Positions 1 to 10,300 of a stretch of DNA of 64,000 nucleotides are shown one piece after another. The stretch covers positions 212,412,001-212,476,000 of the forward strand of contig OZ360220.1 of assembly GCA_977017645.1 (NCBI GenBank), given 5' to 3'. This stretch comes from Torpedo marmorata (Eukaryota). Below the pieces are notes generated by a model that searched no databases, was not told the origin of the DNA, and saw only the letters and a list, made by a program, of their open reading frames with translations. A program made the position numbers and the translations under genes. Position 1 is the first letter of the stretch; every line of letters starts with the position of its first letter.

Positions 1-164
1 CAACAACTCGAGCTGGAAACAAGGCTTTAAACTGAAAATAATGTTGATGGTGGTGGTAGTGGGGGTGGTAGCAGATATGCGAGGTAGGATGAATCCGACA
101 CGACCAATCCGAGTTATGACCACTCCTTCGGTCGCAATTATGGTCGTAAGTCGAGGACTACCTG
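1..164. mobile_element. Terminal part of a Tc1/mariner Tigger/pogo-like DNA transposon, truncated by the window edge
   Basis: Reverse complement of the end reads CAGGTAGTCCTCGACTTACGACC, a Tigger-type terminal inverted repeat, followed by TA at 165-166 (Tc1/mariner target site). Confidence 0.7.
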
Positions 165-682
165 TATGTGCGAAAGGGTAACAGAGTGGTGTGAAGGGTT
201 GAGGGCATGAGAGTGCGGTGGTATGAAAGAGTGAGGTCATGTTGGTGTGACTGTGTGAGTTTTTGAGACTGTGGGATGAGAGCATGAGTGTGAAGGTGAT
301 GAGTAGGATCAGGGTGAATGAGTATTGGCGAATGGGTCTGGATACGTGCATCTTATTTAAGAGACTCAGGAAATGCAGGAAGAAGATAAAATCAAAGATA
401 ACCTAAATCACAAAAGGTTGTCAGTCAAATGTGACCTGAGCGTTATTCATCATTACTGAGTTTCCACTGACTGGGGAGAGGTGGGGGAAGGGGGCATGGT
501 AAGCTTGCAAACAAAGAATATCAACAGGAAAAAAAACTCATTAGATTATTTTGAGAGCAATACTTAAACTAACATTTGTACTTCAAAGGGAAACAATCAA
601 TGAATTAGTTTAATCACCCAGTGTAGTCAGACACTGAATTGTAACTTTGATAATCCAGACACGAACCATATTGGTTACTTAC

Positions 683-919
683 TTGGCAGTTTCCACTGAT
701 GCACATGTGCAAAGTTTCAGTATAACACCTGGTACCATCGAGAACATTTGGTGCCAGTTCCACAATCAGTGAAGTTCCCTTTGCCAGACATTTCAATGCA
801 CAGGGCTTCTCGGGGTCATTGTTGACAGGAAGCCATTCGTAGAACTGGCTCTGATACTTGACATCATTATGAGCAGAACATTGCTGAGCACGAAATTCCC
901 CAGATCCTGGAGGGCAGTC
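683..919 (-). CDS. ADAMTSL1: Internal coding exon (237 bp, 79 aa) of ADAMTS-like protein 1, cysteine-rich region after TSR1
   Basis: Translates DCPPGSGEFRAQQCSAHNDVKYQSQFYEWLPVNNDPEKPCALKCLAKGTSLIVELAPNVLDGTRCYTETLHMCISGNCQ, very close to recalled human ADAMTSL1 and less close to ADAMTSL3. Polypyrimidine tract plus cag acceptor (922-920) and gtaagt donor (682-677). Confidence 0.9.
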
Positions 920-963
920 CTGCAAATAAAGAACATCAAAAGAAAAAAAAACTGATTGGATAT

Positions 964-2082
964 TAGAACATAGAACAGAAGAGCACAGTACAGGCCTTTC
1001 AGCCCACAATGATGTGCCGACCTATATGAACCTATTCCATGATCAATCTAACCCTTCCCTCCCTCACAGTCCATAAACCCCTATATTTCAAACATGCAGG
1101 TACCTAGCTCAAATTCTTTTAAATCTCCCTATTGTGTCAGCCTCAACTGCTTCCCCCGTAGAACCACAGAACATTACAGCACAGAAACAGGCCTCTTCGG
1201 CCCTTCTAGTCTGTGCCGAACCATTTTTTTTGTTGCCTAGTCCCACTGACCTGCACCCAGTCCATAGCCCTCCATACCTCTCCCATCCATGTACCTGTCC
1301 AAATTCCTCTTAAATGTTAAAATTGAGCCCGCATTCACCACTTCAGCTGGAAGCTCGTTCCACACCCCTACCACTCTTTGTGTGAAGAAGTTCCCCCTCA
1401 TGTTCCCCCTAAACTTTTCCCCTTTCACTCTTAACCCATGTCCTCTGGTTTGTATCTCACCTACCCTCAGTGGAAAAAGCCTATCTACATTTACTCTGTC
1501 TATCCCCCTCATAATTTTAAATACCTCTATCAAATCTCCCCTCATTCTTCTACGCTCCAGGGAATAAAGTCCTCACCTGTTTAACCTTTCCCTGTAACTC
1601 AGTTCCTGAAGCCCGGGTAACATTCTAGTAAATCTTCTCTGCACACTTTCTATCTTATTGATATCTTTCCCGTAGTTAGGTGGAACGCACCACCCCCAGT
1701 TGTGCGTTCCAAGTGCTCAAAACTCTATGTAAATAAACTATCTCTGACATCTCCCCTAAACTTTCTTCTGCTCATCTCAAACAGATGGCCTCTGGTATCG
1801 GCCATTGCTAATCTCGGAATAAGGTGGTGGCTCTCCACTCTATCTATGCCCTTTAAATCTTAAGCGCCTCGATTAAGTCACCGCTCATCCTCTGTCGTTC
1901 CAAAGAGAAAAGCCTTAGCTAAATCAACCTTTCCTCATAAGACATGTTCTCTAATCCAGGCAGCAGCCTGTAAATCTCCTCTGAACCCTTTCTAAAGCTT
2001 TCACACATCCTTCCGAGATGGAGGCGAACAGAACTGAACATAATACTCTAAGAATATTCTAACCAGTTTTATAGAGCTGCGA
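964..2082 (-). mobile_element. Degraded CR1 LINE 3' fragment with a younger CR1 3' fragment (about 1158-1682) nested in it
   Basis: ORF 1237-1545 gives the CR1 ORF2 C-terminus (RGDLIEVFKIM...TRGH...FFTQRVV..WN.LP). CR1-type 3' UTR tails at about 965 and 1160. Confidence 0.8.
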
Positions 2083-4217
2083 GCAACATTCTAAGCATAT
2101 TCTGAGAGCAATGCTTAAACTCAAACATTTGTACTAAAGAAGGAAACAATCAATAGATTAGCTTGATCACCAAGTGCAGTTAAACACTTAATTGTGAATT
2201 TGTTAAACCTGGCAAATCTCAACCTCTTATATTAAATGCTTCATGAATACATTGTGAGGTGGTGAGAACTTTTTGCATAAACATAAGAAATGGGAGCAGG
2301 AGTAGACCATCTGGCCCGTGAAGCCTGCTCTGCCATTCAATAAGATCACAAGATCTGGAGCTTTGAGGATTTGGCTCAAGAGGCTTCGGCGAGCAGAACT
2401 GAGAAAGAGCTTGCTTGCTACCAGAGAGGTAATGCCAGGTTAGTTAGTTTAATCCCTTAATTAAATTTAGATAATGGAGTCAGCTAGGGCAGTGGATTGC
2501 TCTGGTTGCGGGATGTGGGAAATCTGGGACAGAACAATTGTCCCTAATGACTACACCTGCAAAAGGTGCATCCAGCTGCAGCTCCTCACAAACCGAGTAA
2601 AGGAGCTGGAGCTGGAGTTGGATGAACTGCGGATCTTGAGGGAGGCAGAGGCAGTTGTAGACAGGAGTTTCAGGGAGGCAGTTACCCCTAAAATTCAGGA
2701 GGCAGGTAGCTGGGTGGCTGTAAGGAGAGGGAAGGGGAAGATACAGACAGTGCAGAGTACCCCTGTGGCCGTTCCCATCATCAATAAGTATACCGTTTTG
2801 GATACTGTTGGTGGGGATGACCTACCAGGGACAAGTCTAGGCGGTCACGTCTCCGGCACAGAGGCTGGCCCCCCGGCTCAGAAGGGAAGGGGGGAGAAGA
2901 GGAGAGCGATGGTGATTGGGGACTCGTTGGTTAGACAAGTGGACTGGGGGTTCTGTGAACGAGATCGAGGCTCCAGGATGGTATGTTGCCTCCCAGGTGC
3001 CAGGGTCAGGGATGTCTCTGATCGAGTTCATAGCATTCTGGAGGGGGAGGGGGAGCAGCCGGTTGTCGTGGTCCACCTGGGGACCAATGACATAGATAGG
3101 AGTAGGGATGAGGTCCTGAAGAGAGAATATAGGGAGTTAGGAAAGAAGTTTAAAAAGCAGGACCTCAAGGGTGGTAATCTCAGGATTGCTGCCTATGCCA
3201 CGCGCCAGAGAGGGTAGGAACAGGAAGTTATGGCAGATGAATGCGTGGCTGAAGAGTTGGTGCAGGGGACAGGGGTTCAGATTTCTGGATCATTGGGATC
3301 TCTTCTGGGGAAGGTCTGACCTCCACAAAAAGGACGGGCTGCACCTGAACTGGAGAGGGACCAATATCCTGGTGGGCACGTTTGCTAGAGCTGTTGGGGA
3401 GGGTTTAAACTAGTCTAGCAGCGGGGTGGGAATCAAAATGTGAGTGCAGAGATTAGGGTAAAAGGGAACCAGGGTGTTAGGGTCGAGAAAGACGAAAATA
3501 GAAAAAAGTCAAAAATAATGTGCAGCAAAGATGACAAAAAGGACAGGCAGGTGAAAAGACAGGGTAATTTGCAGTACAATAGAAATACAGCAAAATCGGG
3601 AACAGATACTGGTCTAAGTGTACTGTACTTAAATGCACGGAGCATTAGGAATAAAGTAGATGTCCTTATTGTGCAGCTACAGATTAAAAGATATGACATT
3701 GTGGCTTAATGATGGATGTGATTGGGAGCTGAATGTCCACGGGTACACACTGTATAGGAAAGATAGGCAGGTAGATAGAGGGGGTGGCGTGGCCCTGATA
3801 GTAAGCAATGATATTAAATCACTAGAAAGAAGGGGCATAGAGTCAGAAGTGGTAGAATCCTTATGGGTTGAGTTAAGAAATGGCAAGGGTAAAAGAACCC
3901 TATTAGCAATTATATACAGGCCCCCAAACAGCAGCCGGGAAGTGGACTATGAGTTACAGATGGAAATAGAAAAAGCGTGTCAGAAGGAAAATGTCAAAAT
4001 AATTATGGGGGATTTTAACATGAAAGGGGATTGGGAAAGTCAGGAAGGTACTGGATCTCAGGAGAGAGAGTTTGTAGAGTGCCTACGGGATGGCTTTTTG
4101 GAACAGCTTGTCGATAAGCCCACCAGGGGATCGGAGGCTTTGGATTGGGTGATGTGTAATGAACCTGAGGTGATTAGGGAATTAAAGGTAATGGAACCAT
4201 TAGGAAGTAGTGATCAT

Positions 4218-4459
4218 AAAGGTAAAGGTAAAGGTTCCTTTATTGTCACGTAATACTACATTTAGAATGTAACATACATGAAATTCTTTAATTTTTGTCT
4301 ACTGTAAGGCAGACAGAGGGTCGCTATTTTGTCCAGTGCCCCTCAGAAACCTACAGCACCTGATGTTCCTTGGTGGTCTCCCCTCCAAGTACTAACCAGT
4401 CCTGTGCCTGCTTAGCTTCAGAGATCAGACAATCCCAGTTGTATTCAGGCTATTGGTGC
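4218..4459 (-). mobile_element. 5S rRNA-derived SINE (SINE3-type) with a LINE-like tail, inserted in the CR1 APE domain
   Basis: Reverse complement of 4347-4459 contains GTCTGATCTCTGAAGCTAAGCAGG...CTGGTTAGTACTTGGAGGGGAGACC...GGTGCTGTAGGTTT (5S internal promoter boxes). The tail ends TGACAATAAAGGA(ACCTTT)3. Confidence 0.85.
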
Positions 4460-5841
4460 TTGAGTTCAGTTTCAAACTTGAAAAGGAAAAGCTGATATCA
4501 GGTGTGTCAATATTTCAGTTGAACAAAGGAAATTACAGTGGTATGAGAGAGGAACTGTCCCAAGATGACTAGAAAAGTAAGCTAGATGGAGGGACAGCAG
4601 AGCAGAATTGGATGATATTTCTACAAGAAATAAAGAAAGTGCAGGATAGGTATATTCCAAGAAAAAAGAAAATTATGAATGGAAAAATGGCACAAATGTG
4701 GCTAACAAGAGAGGTTAAGGCTAAAATAAAAGCAAAAGGGAGGGCAATACAAGGAAGCAAAAATTAGTGGAAAAACAGAGGACTGGGAAACTTTTAAAAA
4801 CTCACAGAAAGAGACAAAGAAAGTCATTCGGAAAGAAAAGATGAATTATGAAAGGAAGTTGGCAAATAACATACAAAAGGATACTAAGAGTTTTTAAAAA
4901 TATATAAAGATTAAAAGAGGACCGATTGAAAATGATGCTGGAGGAACTATAATGGTAACAAAGAGATGGCAGAGGAACTAAATGAGTATTTTGCCTCAGT
5001 CTTCACTGAGGAAGATATAGTGACTTCAATCCAACAAATACCGGTAGTCACTTGGAAGCTAGGTGAGATACTTGTTCTTGACGCGTTTCAATTAATTTAC
5101 TAACAAAGTCCAATATGTTCAAAATGTTTATTAACACATGATGACTTGTAGCAATCTTCAATAACTTAAATATCTTCTTTAACAAAATATAAACAATTCT
5201 TAATAACGATGCTTAATAACGATTCTTCAAAACGTCTATAAAGGTAAAGTAACCAAGCCTATGGCTCTTACACTGGCCCCTAATTATTATAATTAGACGC
5301 AATGTCTTAAATAATAATTACACAATCAATTACAAATAACAATAACCATATAACATTCAAACAATATACAAATCTTCTTTTTTCATAAGACCAGAGTTTA
5401 CCATAACTCTGAATCAACAAAAGTCTGTAACCTGTGAAGTATACAACAACATAAAGTCAGTTTGTATTTATCAAAGTTCTTATATCTCCAGAATCTTTGA
5501 GTTAAAACGTCGACCAGTAAACCTCAAATCTTCCTCAGACAAAATAGATACAGTTTTTCTTTTAAATTTAACACGAGGTACTTCTTCAGCATGTCGTTTC
5601 ACTTTATTCCTTACTTCAGCATTCCACTTCTCATGTGAAGAATTTAAACTCTTAAAACCAGAATTTGAATATTTATCTGATCCTCTCGATTTTAATAAAC
5701 GAGTCTCTTTAACCACTCTGGTTTCCATTGCCTTTTCCTGCAATTCCAAATCCAATTTTGCAACTTTCAATTCAGTCTCAGTTCCTTCCGAGAAATTAAT
5801 AACTTGATCTGAAATGCATTGGTACTTCTATTGTCAACCCT

Positions 5842-6144
5842 ACTGTGGTAAACTTGAAATTTTTGAATTTCTTCATCTTGCTTGTTACATTTCTACAATG
5901 CAATATCACTTTCTTTCTGCATTGTTAGTAGTTGAACATTCAACTTACATTCTTGATTGTTTTCTATAATCAACTGGTTTGTGTTATTGACCAATAACTT
6001 GTAATTTTTCAAAATATTAATCTCTTCCTCCAACCTTTTACATTTTGACAATGCTGAATCTCTTTCTTTAATAACTGTATTTATTTCTTCAGCAGTTATT
6101 ATTTTCTTCCGCTTTCTGACTTTGCGAATTTTACTTACAATTAA
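5842..6144 (-). pseudogene. Intron-less MIPOL1-like coiled-coil fragment captured inside the BEL/Pao element
   Basis: Manual translation LIVSKIRKVRKRKKIITAEEINTVIKERDSALSKCKRLEEEINILKNYKLLVNNTNQLIIENNQECKLNVQLLTMQKESDIAL*KCNKQDEEIQKFQVYHS is colinear with recalled human MIPOL1 (ITAEE..ERD.ALSKCKRLE.E..ENNQE..LLSMQ..EEIQ..VYYS). Not in the ORF track. Confidence 0.75.
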
Positions 6145-6447
6145 ATCTTTCTGTTTACTGTTTTCATGATTATCCTATATTTCCAATTCCCCTTTCAACA
6201 TTTTGTTCTCTGAATTCAATTGCATTAAATTATCATTCACATTATTCTTTATTCCATCAGCACAATTTTCTGCGTTCTCCAGTTTTACATCACATTGCAA
6301 CACTTCTTATTTGACTTTGTCTGTTGTAACCTCTGAACTACAAAATCTACTTTCAGATTTGTTCTCAGTCACTTGTTTTATTCCAGTATCTGATTCAATT
6401 GAACATGAATAATCACTAGTATTATTTGCAACATCTTCTATTACTTC

Positions 6448-7323
6448 TGTTACAAAATCAAACCAGCAACGACAGAAGACGCAATGCAAAAGGGGTAAAA
6501 TTGAAATTTATATTTATTAATGACAATTAAACATATAATTTCACAACAATTAACCCCACTATAAACGTCTATAAACACTATTCTTATCTAAAAAGTATGT
6601 GTGTGTGTGTGTGTGTGTAAAGCCCAGACCATTACAGTCTGTGCCCAACCCTCATGTAAAAATGGAAAAACTTTCCCCAAAAACCCCAGGTCAGTCATAA
6701 AAACAAGTCAGTCAAAAAAAATATAATACAGTCCACAAAAATTCACTCTCTAAGTTCAGGTTCCACATTCAGCTCTGTGTGCTGGTAGAAGGACTTTTCA
6801 ATGAACGTTGGAGAGAGACAATGACTGTTTATGCTTACGAATACTTGGCTTGTTTTTCTTCTCTGATGACTTTCCCTTTTGGTAGAGATTCACGAGGATT
6901 GCGACTCCAAATCAGTATACCACTGATTGAGGCATGTACTTGGATCTCACAGCTGGTCTCGCTGATCTCACGCCTGTTCTCCACAAAAGTTGCTTTAACT
7001 CAGGATTTCTCTGAGACAAGAGGCCATGTGCTATTCTCCCATCCTTTTTCTCTGGGATGCACAAGCCTGGATTTTGCTGTGTTCTCTAGCCTTTGCAACT
7101 CCAAAACTGAATGCTTTTTGCAGAGGTTTGCACCTGCTTTTGCAAAAGTGCAACAAAGTATCTTTTCCACAGCCTGTCTCTCTCTGGTCTCTCTCTCTCT
7201 CTGGGTACACCAAGTCCTGGGGAAGTGAACTCTTTCAGTACCTGGTCCCAGTGTGTACTCCAAAAGACTTAATCCTTCCTGCTGACCGTCCGCAGTCCAA
7301 ATGGTCAGTCATGGTCCATAACA
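6448..7323 (-). mobile_element. Solo LTR (876 bp, probably Gypsy-type) inserted in the BEL internal region
   Basis: TGTTA...TAACA termini, 4-bp TSD CTTC (6444-6447, 7324-7327), minus-strand AATAAA near 6515. Removing it restores the frame ...DENEV|IEDVANN. Confidence 0.85.
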
Positions 7324-10300
7324 CTTCATTTTCATCCATTTCTGATAAACATAATTCCTTCAATGTTGTTTTAAATACCTTTGATTTATTTTCACATTGA
7401 TCTATTTTCTTTTCTTCAAAAGTGACTTTCTTATTCACAGTCTTTTGCACTTCCCTTAACTCATCAACTTTCACAACCGAAATCCTGTTAATATTTATCG
7501 CTAACTGTTCCTTAGCAATATCATTATTTCTTTCCAATGGTCCATTGATTGTCCAACCAAGTTTGGTTCTAACAGTGTAAGGTCCATCTCCCACACTCCG
7601 TATTACATCTAATGGTTCCAAAACCTTTGGTACATCTGAACCAATCAGCATTTCTATCTCAAAATTAACTTCAGGTAGACGAACATTTGACCACCGTTTA
7701 ATATCATTTTGATGAGGAATGTTTCCTTCATGCACAGTCTTCTGAGTGTATAAACTTGGAAGATCACAAAATTTTTTGTCATCCAATCCAGCAACCTCTA
7801 AGCCTGAAACAATGCTGGTTTCAACGACCTTTTCTTGTCCCATGGTTTTCAACATAATTCTTGACCTTCTTCCTTGAATATTAAGTTTGTTCATTAGTCC
7901 TTCCGTGCAAAAAGATGCAGTGCTACCTGGGTCTAGAAATGCATATGTACGTACTGTTGCATCCCCTTTCTTGGTCTTGACTTGTACAGGCACTATTGAA
8001 AGTTTGCAGTTATCTATACCAGCCCCAGTAAGACCACTTGTCTGAACCGAGGTTATAACATTGTTTTCTGTTGTTTCCTTTGTTTCTGTTTGCTCCTTTT
8101 CCAATTCCTTGTTTCTTTGATGGATATGCAAAATTCTAGGATGTTTCAAATTGCATATTTTACAGTTAATTCGCTTCTCGCAGTTTTTACTGATGTGCCC
8201 TTTACACAGACAGCTAAAACATACTCCAGTTTCCTTTAAGAAAGCATCTTCTCATTATGTTCCTTCTTTTCCAACCGTAAACACATTTCCAAAGTATGTC
8301 CACCTTTACAGAACAAACAACTCTTCTCATTAGTCAAACTTTCCTTTTCCTTATTTACTTTATCTTTTTCTTTATTTATAACTGACAGATTAGTAGCAAA
8401 AGTAATTCTTTTCAATTTCGGACTAGGTTGTGAGTTAGACCTCCTTACATCTTTGTTCCCCATTGAATTGTCTCTGGTATTTTCATAAATTGGATCTGTT
8501 TCAATGTACACCTGTTGTTCAAGAAAATTTACCAAGTCCTTTAAGGTAGCTCTTCGACTGTAATTTTCTTGTAAATCACAAGCCAAATTTCTACATCTAA
8601 CCCACAACTTGTAAGGTAATTTTTCTAAGATGATTCGCATATTACCAGGCACTTCAAGCTCACGAATATTATCGATATCTTCCATGGCATTACAACATCC
8701 TCTTAAAAATAGAGTATATGCTTGTAGAGCCTTTACATCATTCTGTTTTATTGATGTCCATTTAAGAGCTTTATCCATATAAGCTAAAGTAATTCGATGC
8801 TTGTTGCCAAAATGCTGTTCCAGTAAAGACTAAGATCTGTCTAATCCTCTGTCTGAGGACATATGTTGACAACTCTTTACAAGTTCTTTTAGATGTCCTT
8901 CTGTGAACATTTCCAAATAATAAAGACATTCATCAGGTTCTTGGCATTTATTTTCAATATTGCGTTTGAAAGATCTCATGAACGCTTGATACTGAAGTGG
9001 ATCACCATCAAAAGTTTGTATCTCTTTCTCAGGTAAAGACGAGAGAGACTGTAACTGAATCAATGATGCAGCAATTTCATTTTGTCTCCCCTGGTAATGT
9101 ACCTGGAAACCTCACGGTGTAGTTTCTCCCATATTTCTGATGCTTGACTCAAATGCCAAGGGAGCTGCATCGTTCGACCGAACCCAAGCCGCAGTTTTGT
9201 CTTCAGATGTTACCACTGGTACATGTGACTTGATATCACTATGCTCTTGAAAGATTTGTCCTTGTATTTGCAAGTCTTGTACACCTGGTGCTCAAATATC
9301 TACCCTTTTGGTTGGTTTCTTTTCCTGTGACTCTTTTTTAAAATATGACCTTTTATTATCATACACTTTAGATAATTTACTTTGAGCACCAGATACCATT
9401 GAGCCTTCTAGTACCTCTTTTTTTTGCCTTGGCAATAGTAATGTTTGCTTCCTGCTCCTGCTGCTCCTTTCTCTGCCTTAGCTGCTCTTTCTCTTGCCTT
9501 ATCTGCTCCTTTAGCTGCTCCTCCTTTTGTCTTAGCTGCTCCTCCTGTCGTTCTAAAATATGTTTATCCTTAAGTATTTTTTGTTGTGCAAGAAGAGCGG
9601 CCAAGTTAACTTCAATCTTTGTACGTGACGATGTAGAACTTGAAGTATGAGAAACTCTGGAGCTTGAACCAGAACTTCGTTTGCTTCTCCAGCTTTCAAC
9701 ATTTGAGACACTGTCACTTGCTTGTATTTCGTCCTGCAGGTCAGATGTTGTCTTCTTACTTACCTCCTTCACCAATTCGAATTGTACATCCTTTGCATCT
9801 TCATTTTCTTCATCCTTTTTATTTTCTTCATCACCATTTGATGACACAATTTCAGCCATTTTCACGTTGCTGTCTTCTTGTTCATCTAACGAAGCCGCCT
9901 CTTCTTCCTTTGCCAGCTTCAGTCTTCGATGAGAACCTTTTTATTTCCACTTATATCTAGTTTTTGACGCTTCAATTTTTCTTTGATATCCGCAACCTTC
10001 ATGTCTTCAATACGTTGGTCCTTAACAGCAACATCAGCGGTTGCTGCGTCAGCTGCTGCTGCGACCATTTTACTCGTCTTGTTCCACTGTCCTTCAAGCA
10101 TACACAACACTAGCCAAATCAACAGTCCCCAATGGACTAGCGGCAACAAATCCAATCTGTGTTCTAACTTGCCAAAGATACACAGAAGGAGTCCACAGAC
10201 TTATGCCTACCACTTCAGATGACTGTAATGTTCTGCTATTCACAAACGAGTTTCCACCACAACATCCGTCAATAATATCGCTGATTTTACAGAAATGGTT

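Noticed and set aside
614-1009. Stand-alone 131-aa gene
   Set aside because: Only 683-919 is exon, bounded by canonical splice sites; the rest is intron or CR1 tail.
4347-4459. Functional 5S rRNA gene
   Set aside because: The 5' end is diverged, it is a single copy fused to a LINE-like tail, and it sits inside a CR1. It is a SINE head.
7000-7323. Extra protein domain at the end of the BEL protease ORF
   Set aside because: This is read-through into an unrelated solo LTR bounded by the CTTC TSD.
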